Notes: generated by a model from the sequence alone, not told the origin. Positions 34,756 through 45,847 are shown, numbered from the stretch's first letter. The stretch is DNA of 64,000 nt from an uncultured Aminicenantes bacterium (GCA_965195285.1 CBDAFS010000014.1:1-64000), one strand, 5' to 3'. Made by a program: numbers and translations.

Positions 34756-36843
34756 ATGCAAAAAACAATTGAAATTGAAATTGGAGACAGTATATTAAAA
34801 ATTGAAACCCATAAATGGGCCAAGCAGTCCAATGGCTCTGCCGTTATCACCTATAAGGACAATATCATCCTGGTAACGGCCAATATGAAGGATGAACCCA
34901 AAGAGGATCAGGATTTTTTCCCCCTGATCGTTGACTTCAGGCTCAATACCTATGCAGCGGGCAAGATCCCGGGGGGATTCTTTAAACGGGAGGGCAGACC
35001 ATCTGAACGGGAAATACTGCTTTCCCGGCTGATCGACCGGCCCATCCGGCCGCTTTTCCCGGAAAACTTCTTCAATGATACCCAGGTAATCGGTCTGCTG
35101 ATATCTGCAGATTTTAGTGTGGATTTCGATTCAATGGGCATTGTCGGTGCTTCAGCAGCCCTGATTTCCTCCACGATTCCCTTCAATACTCCGCTGGGAG
35201 CGGTTAAGATCGGCTGGAAAGATGGTAATTTCAAAATCAATCCCGGCCATAATGATTTGAAGGATCAGGATATGGTCCTTCTGGCAACGGGTACTGAAAC
35301 CGATATCGTAATGCTGGAAGCCGGCGGAAATGAATTCAGCGAGGAGGTGTTTCTGGAAGGACTGAAGCTGGCCAAGGAAGTCATCACCCGGATATGCCAG
35401 GCCCAGAAGTCCATCATCAACCCTGAAAAAATCAAATTTGAACCGGATACCCAGCTGGAGGAAATTTACAACCAGTTGAAGTCCAGGTATGAATCCGAGC
35501 TGGGGAAAGTTATATTTTCGTCTTCCCGGGAGGAGCGCCAGGAAAAGATGAAAACCATGGCCGATGAAATTAAGTCTGAAGCCGGGGAAGAGATGATTGC
35601 TAAATCCAATCGGGCCTTTCACAAGCTGGAATACGATATTTTCAGACGGGAGTTGCTGGCCCAGAAACGTAGAACCGATAACCGGGCTTTTGATGAAATC
35701 CGCAATATTGATATCGAACTGAGTCCGCTGCCCCGGGTCCATGGATCGGCAGTGTTCACCCGGGGGGAAACCCAGGCTCTGGCCACGGTCACTCTGGGCT
35801 CCCAGGACGATGCCCAGAGACTGGATGACCTGACCACTGAAAATGCAACCAAAAAATTCATGCTTCATTATAATTTTTTCCCTTTTTCAGTGGGGGAGGT
35901 CAGTTTTCTCAGGGGTGCCGGCCGCAGGGAAATCGGGCATGGCAATCTGGCAGAAAAATCACTTGGTGTCATGATTCCGGATGAGGAGGAATTCCCTTAT
36001 ACCATTCGCATTGTTTCCGACATTCTGGAATCCAACGGCTCTTCTTCAATGGCCACTGTATGCAGCGGAAGCCTGGCTCTGATGGAAGCCGGGGTTCCCA
36101 TACGGACCCATGTGGCCGGTATTGCCATGGGTCTGGTCAAAGAGGGCGATGATTATGCGGTTCTGACCGATATCGCCGGGTTTGAAGATCATTTCGGGGA
36201 CATGGATTTTAAAATCACCGGAACCGACAGGGGCATCAATGCCATTCAAATGGATATCAAAATAAATGGATTGAGTGATACAATCATCAATGAAACCCTG
36301 GACAAGGCCCGGAAGGCACGCCTGTTTATTCTGGATAAAATGAATAATGCCATTTCCACTCCGGTGGAAAAGCTGTCAAAGTATGCCCCGGTCATTCTGA
36401 CCATGACCATCCCTACCGATAAGATCAGGGATTTGATCGGCCCCGGCGGAAAGACCATCAAGGATTTGGTAGCCACCTATAATGCAAAAATCAATACCGA
36501 TGACAATGGAAAGGTGACCATTGCCGCCTCCAATAAAGAAGTAGGTGATGAGGTAGTCAAGAGGATCAATCAATTGACCGAATCGGTTGAGGTCGGAAAA
36601 ATTTACAAGGGAAAAATCACCCGGATTGAGGATTACGGAATTTTCGTTGAAGTCTTGAACGGGGTGATCGGTCTGGTCCACATTTCGGAAATTTCCAATA
36701 AGAGAGTTGAAAAGATTGAAGATGAAAATTTCAGTATCGGGCAAATCATAGATGTCAAGGTGATCCTCGTTGATCGGGACAACCGGGTTAAACTGAGCAA
36801 AAAGTCAGTGGAATCCGAAAGTAATTCCCGCAAGCGATGGTGA
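34756..36843 (+). CDS. pnp: Polyribonucleotide nucleotidyltransferase
   Basis: DFFPL, RLIDRPIRPLF, FTRGETQ, RREIGHG, SNGSSSMA and GDMDFK motifs; KH and S1 domains. Confidence 0.97.
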   Translation: MQKTIEIEIGDSILKIETHKWAKQSNGSAVITYKDNIILVTANMKDEPKEDQDFFPLIVDFRLNTYAAGKIPGGFFKREGRPSEREILLSRLIDRPIRPLFPENFFNDTQVIGLLISADFSVDFDSMGIVGASAALISSTIPFNTPLGAVKIGWKDGNFKINPGHNDLKDQDMVLLATGTETDIVMLEAGGNEFSEEVFLEGLKLAKEVITRICQAQKSIINPEKIKFEPDTQLEEIYNQLKSRYESELGKVIFSSSREERQEKMKTMADEIKSEAGEEMIAKSNRAFHKLEYDIFRRELLAQKRRTDNRAFDEIRNIDIELSPLPRVHGSAVFTRGETQALATVTLGSQDDAQRLDDLTTENATKKFMLHYNFFPFSVGEVSFLRGAGRREIGHGNLAEKSLGVMIPDEEEFPYTIRIVSDILESNGSSSMATVCSGSLALMEAGVPIRTHVAGIAMGLVKEGDDYAVLTDIAGFEDHFGDMDFKITGTDRGINAIQMDIKINGLSDTIINETLDKARKARLFILDKMNNAISTPVEKLSKYAPVILTMTIPTDKIRDLIGPGGKTIKDLVATYNAKINTDDNGKVTIAASNKEVGDEVVKRINQLTESVEVGKIYKGKITRIEDYGIFVEVLNGVIGLVHISEISNKRVEKIEDENFSIGQIIDVKVILVDRDNRVKLSKKSVESESNSRKRW

Positions 36844-37307
36844 CTTTTAAGAAAGCTCCCGGTTTTACCCTGGTTGAACTGATAATTGTGATCATTATTA
36901 TTTCGGTTCTGGCCACGGTGGCTGTTCCCATGGTTGAAACCAGTATCAAGAGAGGCAAGGAGGTCCGGCTGCGCCGTCATTTGAGGATCATCCGCGTCGC
37001 CATTGATGAATTCCAAGCCTTTGTTGAGAAGAATAAGATTAATCTGGATAAAGATCGATACGGATTCCCGGAAAGCCTGGAAGAACTGGTCACCGGGATT
37101 GAATACCGGGACAAAACCAACCATCCCAGAGTTAAAAAATTTCTCAGACGTATACCGTTGGACCCCATGACCAATTCCCTGGAATGGGGATTGAGGTCCT
37201 ACCAGGATAAACCTACCGCTACCCGCTGGGGAGGGGAAAACATCTGGGATGTTTTTACTAAATCGGAGCAGAAAGCCCTGGATAGTAGTGAGTATGAAGA
37301 CTGGTAA
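36837..37307 (+). CDS. Type II secretion pseudopilin-like protein (GspG-like)
   Basis: GFTLVELIIV, FPESLEELV and FLRRIPLDPMT. Confidence 0.75.
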   Translation: MVTFKKAPGFTLVELIIVIIIISVLATVAVPMVETSIKRGKEVRLRRHLRIIRVAIDEFQAFVEKNKINLDKDRYGFPESLEELVTGIEYRDKTNHPRVKKFLRRIPLDPMTNSLEWGLRSYQDKPTATRWGGENIWDVFTKSEQKALDSSEYEDW

Positions 37308-37332
37308 CCTGTCCGAACAGCCGGTGAGGAAC

Positions 37333-37362
37333 TTGACTAAAAAGAGTAAATTTTGATATAAT
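37333..37362 (+). promoter_or_regulatory. Sigma70-type promoter for rpoZ
   Basis: TTGACT-N18-TATAAT with an extended TG. Confidence 0.5.
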
Positions 37363-37424
37363 AAAATTTCCATCGGGAAACTCTCAAAAAGTCTTTTACA
37401 TAATAAGGAACAAAGGAGGATGAC

Positions 37425-37769
37425 TTGGAGGACCATAAAGTTGTTGATAGTAAATTCAGGCTGGTGCTTCTGGCCGCAAAAAGGGCCAAACAACTGTTAA
37501 AGGGCAACCGAAAGAAGGTAGAAACTCAGGTTGAGAATCCTTTATCAATTGCCTTGGAAGAAATCAAGCAGGGAAAAATCGATTTTGAAATACTGTCAAA
37601 TAAAGATCTGGAACAGGAAGCCGGTGAAAACCTGTTGATGATGGAAGCTCCGGAGTCGACGGAATTAAATCTTTCCGAGACCGAAGAGAAAAATGAATCG
37701 GAGCTGGTTGACTCCGAAAAAAAAGGGGATGACGATTCGGATTCCAAGAATAAATCCGATAATGCCTGA
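37425..37769 (+). CDS. rpoZ: RNA polymerase omega subunit with an acidic C-terminal tail
   Basis: VDSKFRLVLLAAKRAKQL and IALEEI. Confidence 0.9.
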   Translation: MEDHKVVDSKFRLVLLAAKRAKQLLKGNRKKVETQVENPLSIALEEIKQGKIDFEILSNKDLEQEAGENLLMMEAPESTELNLSETEEKNESELVDSEKKGDDDSDSKNKSDNA

Positions 37770-37818
37770 ATCCCTTCCGGATCTGAACGGGGGGAAAATC
37801 AGGCCCACATGAATTTAG

Positions 37819-38865
37819 ATGGAAATACTGGTTCGATCGCCAAACTGGATTGGCGATTGTATCATGTCTCTGTCGTCTCTGAGGGCTCTGAAGTATTACT
37901 TCCCCGATGCTGTTATCGGTTTGACATGTAGAGAGCACCTGCAGGCCATATTCAAGAATATTTCTGAAATCGATCGGATCATTCCGCTAAAAAACGGTCG
38001 TGGTGTAAGGGGTTTTCCCCGGGTAGTCGGTCAGCTTAAAACATTGAATTCCGATGTGGGCATCCTGATGACCAATTCCATCCACTCTGCGCTGTTATTC
38101 AAGTTTTCGGGGATAAAGAAAATCGTGGGATACCAAAAAGACTTCCGGGGATTTTTACTCGACCATAAACTGAAATTTCCCCGAGGCCAAAAACACCAGA
38201 CTGATTTTTACCTGGATTTAATTCATGCTTTTACCCGGGAATATTCCAGTGTATCGATTCAAGCGGAATCTCATTTTTCCGGTGAATTGCCGATCCTCGA
38301 TCAGGAAATCAATGATATAAACAAATTATTGGGATGGTACGGAATTGATGCCGGGAAGAAACTGGTGGGAATATCGACTTCCGCTGCCTATGGCAGCAGC
38401 AAGGAATGGTTGCCGGAACGTTTTATTGAATTGATCAACCGGATGACCAGCCGGTTTCCCGACACGGTTGTTTTGCTGTTCGGGTCAGAATCCGAGGCAA
38501 GGAAAATCGAGTGGATCCGTCAACATTCCGCTGTCAGCACTTTCAATCTGGCCGGCAAATTCAGTTTAAGGGAATCGATCACAGCGATTTCCCGGTGTTC
38601 GCTCTTTATCAGCAATGATTCGGGTTTAATGCATGTGGCCTCGGCTTTGAAAGTCCCCTTGATTTGCATATTTGGCCCCACTGACCCCGGTAAAACCGCT
38701 CCCCGGTTTGGACAATCGAAAATTCTATACCATCCGGTTGAGTGTGCTCCCTGCACATACCGGGAATGCCCTGTTGATCACCGGTGTATGGCCGGTATTC
38801 AGGTTGATGAGGTTTTCCGAACTGCTCTGGATATTCTGGACAGGGGGCAGGAGAACTGGTCATGA
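37819..38865 (+). CDS. waaF: Lipopolysaccharide heptosyltransferase II (GT9)
   Basis: RSPNWIGD, AAYGSSKEW, NDSGLMH, FGPT and C.PC...ECP..HRCM motifs. Confidence 0.88.
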   Translation: MEILVRSPNWIGDCIMSLSSLRALKYYFPDAVIGLTCREHLQAIFKNISEIDRIIPLKNGRGVRGFPRVVGQLKTLNSDVGILMTNSIHSALLFKFSGIKKIVGYQKDFRGFLLDHKLKFPRGQKHQTDFYLDLIHAFTREYSSVSIQAESHFSGELPILDQEINDINKLLGWYGIDAGKKLVGISTSAAYGSSKEWLPERFIELINRMTSRFPDTVVLLFGSESEARKIEWIRQHSAVSTFNLAGKFSLRESITAISRCSLFISNDSGLMHVASALKVPLICIFGPTDPGKTAPRFGQSKILYHPVECAPCTYRECPVDHRCMAGIQVDEVFRTALDILDRGQENWS

Positions 38866-39440
38866 ACCGGGCGGTCTTTCTGGATCGGGATGGCACGCTG
38901 ATCAGAGACAAGGGCTTTATCTGTCACTTCAAGGATGTGGAGATTTTCCCATTTTCCCTCCAGTCCTTAAAAATGATGAATGAATACGGTTTCCGGATTA
39001 TTGTGATTACCAACCAGTCGGCCATAGCCCGGGGGATTTGTACCGAGGATCAGGTTATGAACATACATCGGGAGATGACCGGTTTTTTCAAGCGAAGTGG
39101 GGCTGTCATTGATGCCTTTTATTATTCCCCCTATCTGGAGGATGCTCCGGTGCCGAAATTCAGGAAAAGAGATGAAAGCCGCAAGCCCGCTCCGGGCATG
39201 ATTCTCCAGGCAGCTGAAAATTTCGGAGTCAATCTGAGTGAGTCCTTCGTGATCGGGGATAGTTCCCGGGATATCCTGGCCGGAAAAAAAGCCGGATGCA
39301 AGACCATTCTGGTTCTGACCGGGAATGGACCACTGGCCCGCATGGAACTCGAAAACTTGAAGGTAAAACCCGATTTGATTTCTGAAAACCTACTGGATGC
39401 CGCAGAAAAAATCACCAGAGATTGCGTATTTATTCCCTAA
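38862..39440 (+). CDS. gmhB: D-glycero-D-manno-heptose 1,7-bisphosphate phosphatase (HAD)
   Basis: FLDRDGTL, TNQS, RKPAPGM and IGD motifs. Confidence 0.88.
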   Translation: MNRAVFLDRDGTLIRDKGFICHFKDVEIFPFSLQSLKMMNEYGFRIIVITNQSAIARGICTEDQVMNIHREMTGFFKRSGAVIDAFYYSPYLEDAPVPKFRKRDESRKPAPGMILQAAENFGVNLSESFVIGDSSRDILAGKKAGCKTILVLTGNGPLARMELENLKVKPDLISENLLDAAEKITRDCVFIP

Positions 39441-40176
39441 ACATCTCGGATCGGAAGAGTCCCGCCCGGGCCAGGCAGAACAGCACTGCAACCCGGATAC
39501 AGCCCAGGCCATATTTAAGACTTCGCCGAAAATTAATGGATGATGCTTCATCAAAATATTTAGTGGGGCAGGACACTTCCCCTATTTGATGGCCCTGCCA
39601 GAGAATCTGGGCCAGTACCTGGTTGTCAAAAATAAAATCATCTGAATTGCTCTCAAGGGGTAGTTTTTCGAGCAGTTCACGGGAAAAGGCCCGGTAACCG
39701 GTGTGGTACTCTGAGAGTTTGGCCCCTATCAGCAGGTTTTCGAACAGGGTCAGAAATCGGTTTGAGATATATTTGTATATCGGCATACCGCCTTTAATAG
39801 CCTGTCCGCCCAGGATCCGGGAACCCAGCACACAGGGATACAGGTTGTTGTCAATCAAGGAAACCATGGCCGGAATCAGTTTCGGAGTGTATTGATAATC
39901 CGGATGTACCATGATGATGATATCGCCACCGTGTTCCAGAGCCAGACGGTAGCCGGTCTTCTGGTTGGCGCCATAGCCCCGGTTTTGCGGGTGTACTTCC
40001 ACCACGGTTCGGTCCAGAGATTTGGCAATTTTCGCGGTGCGATCGGAACTGCCATCATCAACCACGATCACCAGGTCCACCATGTCCTGTTGAAGTACTT
40101 CCCGGTGCGTTTGCAGCAGGGTTTGCTCGGCATTGTAGGCTGGCATAACCACCACCACTTTTTTACGATTGATCAT
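39430..40176 (-). CDS. Glycosyltransferase family 2 (DPM synthase-like)
   Basis: MPAYNAE, VDDGSSD, GYGANQK, HPDYQY and EYHTGYRA motifs. Confidence 0.88.
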   Translation of the reverse strand: MINRKKVVVVMPAYNAEQTLLQTHREVLQQDMVDLVIVVDDGSSDRTAKIAKSLDRTVVEVHPQNRGYGANQKTGYRLALEHGGDIIIMVHPDYQYTPKLIPAMVSLIDNNLYPCVLGSRILGGQAIKGGMPIYKYISNRFLTLFENLLIGAKLSEYHTGYRAFSRELLEKLPLESNSDDFIFDNQVLAQILWQGHQIGEVSCPTKYFDEASSINFRRSLKYGLGCIRVAVLFCLARAGLFRSEMFRE

Positions 40177-40200
40177 GAATTGCTGAATCGATGGCAAGGA

Positions 40201-41205
40201 TTATTCATTTCCCAGGGTCGCCACCATTACGGCTTTGATGGTATGCATCCGGTTCTCGGCCTCATCAAACACAATGGATGCTTTTGATTCAAACACATTA
40301 TCGGTCACTTCCATGCTGTCAATTCCATACTTATGGTAGGTTTCCTCTCCGATTTTGGTTGCCCGGTTATGAAATGCGGGGAGACAATGCAGGAATTTCA
40401 CATTGGAATTACCGGTTTGTTCAAGTATATTTTGATTCACCTGGTATGGTTTCAAAAGAGTGATTCTTTCTTTCCAGACGGATTCCGGTTCTCCCATGGA
40501 TACCCAGACATCGGTACACAGGAAATCGACATGTTTGACGCTGCCGGGAATCTCTTCCGAGATGGAGATACGGGCACCGGTTTCCCGGGCGATTTCCCGG
40601 CACTGGTCAACCAGCCGGGAATTGGGCTGGCATTCCGGGGGAGAGGCAATTCTCAGGTCCATTCCCATTTTGGCGCAGCCTACCAGTAATGAGTTACCCA
40701 TATTGAAACGGGCGTCACCCAGATAGCAGAACGAAGTTTCCGCCAACGGTTTTGCCGAGTGTTCCATCATGGTCATCAAATCGGCCAGTACCTGGGTGGG
40801 ATGGAATTCATTGGTCAGACCATTCCAGACCGGTACACCCGAAAAGGCGGCCAGTTCTTCGATTATATCCTGGCCAAAACCCCGGTATTCGATTCCGTCA
40901 TACATCCGGCCCAGAACCCTTGCCGTATCTTTCATGGATTCTTTGTGTCCGATCTGAGAACCAGTGGGTCCCAGGTAGGTAACATGGGCGCCCTGGTCAG
41001 TGGCAGCCACTTCAAAGGCGCAGCGGGTCCGGGTGGAGGTTTTTTCAAAGATCAGGGCGATCTGTCTGTCACTCAGATGTTTTTCCTCCATTCCGGCATA
41101 CTTGGCTTTTTTTAATTCAAGGGAAAAGTTCAGCAGAAATTGAATTTCATCTGAAGTAAAATCCAGCAGTTTAAGGAAATGCCGACCTTGCAGATTCACT
41201 GTCAT
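40201..41205 (-). CDS. argF: Ornithine carbamoyltransferase
   Basis: STRTR, HPTQ, DVWVSMG, HCLP and ENRMH motifs. Confidence 0.95.
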   Translation of the reverse strand: MTVNLQGRHFLKLLDFTSDEIQFLLNFSLELKKAKYAGMEEKHLSDRQIALIFEKTSTRTRCAFEVAATDQGAHVTYLGPTGSQIGHKESMKDTARVLGRMYDGIEYRGFGQDIIEELAAFSGVPVWNGLTNEFHPTQVLADLMTMMEHSAKPLAETSFCYLGDARFNMGNSLLVGCAKMGMDLRIASPPECQPNSRLVDQCREIARETGARISISEEIPGSVKHVDFLCTDVWVSMGEPESVWKERITLLKPYQVNQNILEQTGNSNVKFLHCLPAFHNRATKIGEETYHKYGIDSMEVTDNVFESKASIVFDEAENRMHTIKAVMVATLGNE

Positions 41206-41279
41206 ATGTTGCCTCCGGAAATCACAATATTAAAAGTTATCTTACCCTAAATTTTCGGTTTTGGCAACCGGGTAGAGAA

Positions 41280-41308
41280 TTGACAAAATTCCGGCCTTGG
41301 TTCATACT
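41280..41308 (+). promoter_or_regulatory. Sigma70-type promoter
   Basis: TTGACA-N17-CATACT upstream of 41357. Confidence 0.5.
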
Positions 41309-41356
41309 ATTGCCTAAGGTTCGATCCTTCTCCCGGATCGATCCCAGGAGAATCAC

Positions 41357-43300
41357 ATGAAAAAAACTATCTGGCTGGCCCTGTTCTTAATTTCCGGACT
41401 GATTTTCGGAGAGCATATCCCCAAAGCCAAAGCCATCCAAATGCTTCAGCAGGTAAGCAGCCAAGACTTTCCCCGGAGTGAGGCTGTTTTCATCAGCAAC
41501 AAAATCATCAATCTGGATAAACATTGCCTGGGTGATATCGAAGAAGAAAACTACCGGAAAATTCTGACCGATAAGGCCCGCAAAGACAATTCGGTTCAGT
41601 TTGGATACAATACGCATTATCATCAAATTGAAGTCAAGTCCATTGAAATTATCAAAGCAGACGGAACCGTCATCCCCTTCGAGCCCGGGAAAATCCTGAA
41701 AGAAAAGGACAATACGTTCACGGGAGGACTGAACATATATTCGAATTTATCCAAAATAAAGATCGGTGAATTGCCTGATGTACAGATCGGGGATATCATC
41801 TATACCCGGCATATCATGACCAGAAAAAGGGCCTTCATGGAGAATCACTTCTTTGATTTCTTAGCCATTGAAGATGATGCAGCCTATCTAAACAAATTCA
41901 AAAAAATCACCCTCCCATCCAGCCTCCCGCTGTATGTTCATGACCTGAACAATCAGGGTTTAACATACGATTATCAGCGGGACGAAGCGGGTAATCAAGT
42001 GATTCATCAATGGAATGTGGCCAAAATCCCCGTTATTGTCCCTGAGCCCCATATCGAATTCTATACCCTTTATGCCCATCATATCATCCTGACCACGGTA
42101 AAATCCTGGGAGGAGATATCACGCTGGTATTACGGAGTAATAAAACCACACCTGAAAATCAATAAAGCCATGAGAACCAAGGTCAGGCAATTGATCAAGG
42201 GGGCCAAGTCCCGCCGGGAAAAGTTATCCCGAATTTTCTACTGGATTGCCAACCGGATCAGATACCTGGGGGTGGACCGGGAAAAATACCTCCCCGGACT
42301 GGAACCCCATGATGTTGCCTACACCTTTGAAACCAGGGGGGGGGTCTGCCGGGACAAAGCCGCACTGCTAACCGCCATGTTCAGAATCGCCGGGATTCGA
42401 TCCGATGTGATTCTGATTTCCGCGGGCAGCCGACTGAATTTCAAGGCACCGGTTCTCTGGTTTAACCATGCCATCACCGTATCCTACGATGAAAACGGCA
42501 ATCCCGAATTTATCTTTGACCCCACCAATGAAAACACCCGGGATTTTTTACCTCAATACATGGAGGATAATTCCTATCTGATCGCCACTGTCAAAGGGGA
42601 TACCCTGCGGTTAACCCCGGTCTCTCCGCCTGAAAAGAACAACTCCACTCTGAATATTGTTCTGAAACGGGGCCAGACCGATGAAGTAACCGGCAGTATG
42701 GAATTTCTTTTTTCCGGATTCGCCGATACGGTTCTCAGAAATCATTTTGCCAATTTGACTCCTTATGAAATTGAAAACACCATTTCTTCAGTCGTCAGGC
42801 TACTCCATCCCCATACCCGGGTCATGGATTTTCAGTATTCCGATTACCAGGATAAAACCCGGAACATGAGGATTCTCACCCGGATTAAAATCCCTGGTTA
42901 TGTCGCTTCCATAAACCAAAAAATCTTTATCCCCTTTGATGCGGTTAAACTGAAGATGCACATGCTCTATCATTATATCATGGGTCCCTTTAACCAGAGC
43001 AGCCGGAAGTATGATTTCAAAATGGAGGGGGCCTTCAGCCTGGACACCCGATTTGAAATTGATTTTACCCGGAACCTGGAATCACCCTCCTTCCCGGCCA
43101 TCAAAACCATAAACTTTCTGGGTTTCAAAACCCGTTTAATCTCATTATCAGAGGAGGGACGGCTGAAAATCGAATACCATTTCGAGACCGGGAAAATACA
43201 TTTTCGGAAAGAGGATTTCCTATCCATCAAGGAAACCATCACTGAATTGTTTAAAAACGATGATTTGTATATCATTGCCAATTCAGGGAGCCGGGAATGA
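41357..43300 (+). CDS. Secreted DUF3857 + transglutaminase-like domain protein (intact triad)
   Basis: Signal peptide; PDVQIGDII; GVCRDKA (Cys), FNHAI (His) and FDPT (Asp). Confidence 0.82.
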   Translation: MKKTIWLALFLISGLIFGEHIPKAKAIQMLQQVSSQDFPRSEAVFISNKIINLDKHCLGDIEEENYRKILTDKARKDNSVQFGYNTHYHQIEVKSIEIIKADGTVIPFEPGKILKEKDNTFTGGLNIYSNLSKIKIGELPDVQIGDIIYTRHIMTRKRAFMENHFFDFLAIEDDAAYLNKFKKITLPSSLPLYVHDLNNQGLTYDYQRDEAGNQVIHQWNVAKIPVIVPEPHIEFYTLYAHHIILTTVKSWEEISRWYYGVIKPHLKINKAMRTKVRQLIKGAKSRREKLSRIFYWIANRIRYLGVDREKYLPGLEPHDVAYTFETRGGVCRDKAALLTAMFRIAGIRSDVILISAGSRLNFKAPVLWFNHAITVSYDENGNPEFIFDPTNENTRDFLPQYMEDNSYLIATVKGDTLRLTPVSPPEKNNSTLNIVLKRGQTDEVTGSMEFLFSGFADTVLRNHFANLTPYEIENTISSVVRLLHPHTRVMDFQYSDYQDKTRNMRILTRIKIPGYVASINQKIFIPFDAVKLKMHMLYHYIMGPFNQSSRKYDFKMEGAFSLDTRFEIDFTRNLESPSFPAIKTINFLGFKTRLISLSEEGRLKIEYHFETGKIHFRKEDFLSIKETITELFKNDDLYIIANSGSRE

Positions 43301-45180
43301 CCACAAAGATATCCTGTTTCGGCATATTGGTTTGTCTTCTGCTTATTATCAGCCTTCAGCTCTATCCCGATTCGGCCAACATCGATGCCCTCATAAGGGA
43401 TGTGCCGGGCCCGGAAACATTTACAAATGCCTCTGCAATCAATGTGTACACCCGGGTTGAATTGAATATCAATCCGGATTACCGCTTTGAAAAACATGTT
43501 TTTCATATAAAAAAAATCCTCACCTATAAGGGGAAAAAACAATATTCGGATATCAAACTGGCCTACAATGCCGACTTTGAAAAAATAAAGTTGGGAAATT
43601 GTTTCGCCATTGACCCAAAGGGCCACCGGATAACGGTACCCGAAAACCAAATCAGTGATTTGACCATGCAGGGGTCCATCATGAATCCCCTGATCAATTT
43701 TAGGGAAACGATTATCAACTTCCCCCGGATTGAACCGGGTTACTTCATTGTGGTGGAGTACACCCTCCATAATAACCGGAAAGAACCGGTCAATGGCATT
43801 GAACACTTCCGGGACTCAAATCCGAACATGTATAAAAAATTTTGCATTAAATATCCGGCCCGATTCAGATTAAATACCCACTTTGACCCGAAACAGCTGG
43901 TGTTTACCCGAAAGGAACTGGGATCAACCAGCCTTCTCAGCTGGGAGGTCCGGAACACAAAAATCATAAAAAACGAAAACAACACCCCGATTCACCTCAT
44001 ATCCGGAATACCACTGGTCTATTCGTTCTACCGGGACTGGCAGGAAGTGGCCCGGGCAAAATTGTCCAAAATTGTGAATGTCCGGATCGATGACCCCATC
44101 AAAAAATTAGCTCTCCAGCTAACCACCAATGCCAAAACCGACCCGGAAAAAGTACAGGCCATATATGAATATCTGTCAAACAATTTCAACTATCAAATGG
44201 TGATCATGAGTCAATTGAATTTTCAACCCCGGGCACTGACAGATATCATCAAAGACAAAAAGGGATCGATGAGGGATTTTTCTGCCCTGTTCTATGCTCT
44301 GCTGAAATCCGCGGGCATTAAGCAGGTATACCCGGCACTCACACTGTATGGTCATCAGCGCTTCACGGAAATCCAGAAAAAAATGGCCATCGATGATTTT
44401 ATGGAAAGGATCTGTGTTTACTGGAATAACCGGTTGTTTCACCCGGGCCGGAGTGATATCCCCTTTGGCTTTTGCCTTGATGAAGCCAATGTGATCATTG
44501 GAAATGAAAAGTACGAAATGATCGGTTTTAGAAGCCCCAACCGGTTTCTGGAGAACATCACTTACCACTATGAAGTAACTGAAACATCCGCCCTGGTGAG
44601 CGCCCGCTTTATTCTGGCCGATCTCCGGAATCAGCAATTCAGGGGGATATTCAAAGATCAGCCCCAGGTTCGCCGACAAATCATGTTCGATCGCATGCTG
44701 GATGAGAAATCCGCCCGTTTGGTAGAGGGTCCGAATTTTAAGAATTTCGACAAAATCGATGAAGACTTAGTGATGGAATTCAAACTGAAATATCCTGATT
44801 TTCTGGTCCAACAGGACCCCTATTTCTATTTTAAGATTTTCCCACCCGTACAGTATGTGGATGTTTCCCTTAGCGAGAGAGCAAACGATTATCAGCTCTT
44901 TACCAGACGGTTTTCCCGTGAAGCATTCACCATCAACCTGGATAAAAAATTGAAATTTGTCAATCCAATAAAATCCCAGCGCTTTGAATTTCCCATCGGA
45001 GACCGGGTGGCATATTTTTACCTGGACTCCCGGGAACATGAGGGCCGGATACAATTATTCCGGGAAATATACATTCCCGAGGGCATTATCAACCGGGAGA
45101 ATTATCCGGAATTCAGGGCATTCATTTTAAAAATTATGAACCCGGTCAATAATATGATATTTATGGAAAAAACCGACTGA
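43297..45180 (+). CDS. Secreted DUF3857 + degenerate transglutaminase-like protein
   Basis: Signal peptide; FPRIEPGYFIVVEY; GSMRDFS where the catalytic Cys is expected. Confidence 0.72.
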   Translation: MTTKISCFGILVCLLLIISLQLYPDSANIDALIRDVPGPETFTNASAINVYTRVELNINPDYRFEKHVFHIKKILTYKGKKQYSDIKLAYNADFEKIKLGNCFAIDPKGHRITVPENQISDLTMQGSIMNPLINFRETIINFPRIEPGYFIVVEYTLHNNRKEPVNGIEHFRDSNPNMYKKFCIKYPARFRLNTHFDPKQLVFTRKELGSTSLLSWEVRNTKIIKNENNTPIHLISGIPLVYSFYRDWQEVARAKLSKIVNVRIDDPIKKLALQLTTNAKTDPEKVQAIYEYLSNNFNYQMVIMSQLNFQPRALTDIIKDKKGSMRDFSALFYALLKSAGIKQVYPALTLYGHQRFTEIQKKMAIDDFMERICVYWNNRLFHPGRSDIPFGFCLDEANVIIGNEKYEMIGFRSPNRFLENITYHYEVTETSALVSARFILADLRNQQFRGIFKDQPQVRRQIMFDRMLDEKSARLVEGPNFKNFDKIDEDLVMEFKLKYPDFLVQQDPYFYFKIFPPVQYVDVSLSERANDYQLFTRRFSREAFTINLDKKLKFVNPIKSQRFEFPIGDRVAYFYLDSREHEGRIQLFREIYIPEGIINRENYPEFRAFILKIMNPVNNMIFMEKTD

Positions 45181-45218
45181 AATCCATATCAACAGGTTTC
45201 CGCAACTCCCTTCCACGG

Positions 45219-45830
45219 TTACCTGATATCTAAAATATGCTGGAGTTGAATACCCAGTCGGACACCGGGAATGGACGCTTTCTGACATTGATTATACAAT
45301 GCCAGTGTGTCCTGATATTTGTTGGGATTGAAAAAATCAGGCTGCAGGAATATCGGGAAGTCCGTCCTGATAGCCCGAATACGTTCGAGTACATCCAGGG
45401 TCAGGTTTTGGTTGACAATGCATTTGACTTCATCAATCTTTTCATGCAAATCAGCGGCAATATAAAAATCAGCAATATCCTTGGGAGAAACGGTCCACCA
45501 GTCGATATCCAGGGACTGGAAATAAATCCCATTGGTCTCAATGGACAGGAAGAATTTTTTTTGCTTCAAACGGCTTACCATTTCACCCAGATCCTGTTCC
45601 AGGGGCTCGCCTCCGGTAAGGACTACCTGGGATTGAGGGTACATCTTTTTATATTTTTCGATTTCCAGAACGATTTGTTCAACCTTCATTTTAGTCCCGG
45701 TCACCCAGGAATCCCGGGTATCGCAATAGGGACATTGAAGAGTACAGCCGGTGGTCCTGACAAAAATGGTTGGATATCCGGATCTCAATCCCTCTCCCTG
45801 AACCGACCAGAAGATCTCATGAATGTGCAT
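45219..45830 (-). CDS. queE: 7-carboxy-7-deazaguanine synthase
   Basis: EIFWSVQGEG, CTLQCPYCDT, TGGEP, ETNG and VSPK motifs. Confidence 0.92.
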   Translation of the reverse strand: MHIHEIFWSVQGEGLRSGYPTIFVRTTGCTLQCPYCDTRDSWVTGTKMKVEQIVLEIEKYKKMYPQSQVVLTGGEPLEQDLGEMVSRLKQKKFFLSIETNGIYFQSLDIDWWTVSPKDIADFYIAADLHEKIDEVKCIVNQNLTLDVLERIRAIRTDFPIFLQPDFFNPNKYQDTLALYNQCQKASIPGVRLGIQLQHILDIR

Positions 45831-45847
45831 CTCATCCCCAAGTGGAG

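Noticed and set aside
37764-37804. Hairpin after rpoZ as an intrinsic terminator
   Set aside because: Imperfect stem with no U-tract, and waaF starts 14 nt later
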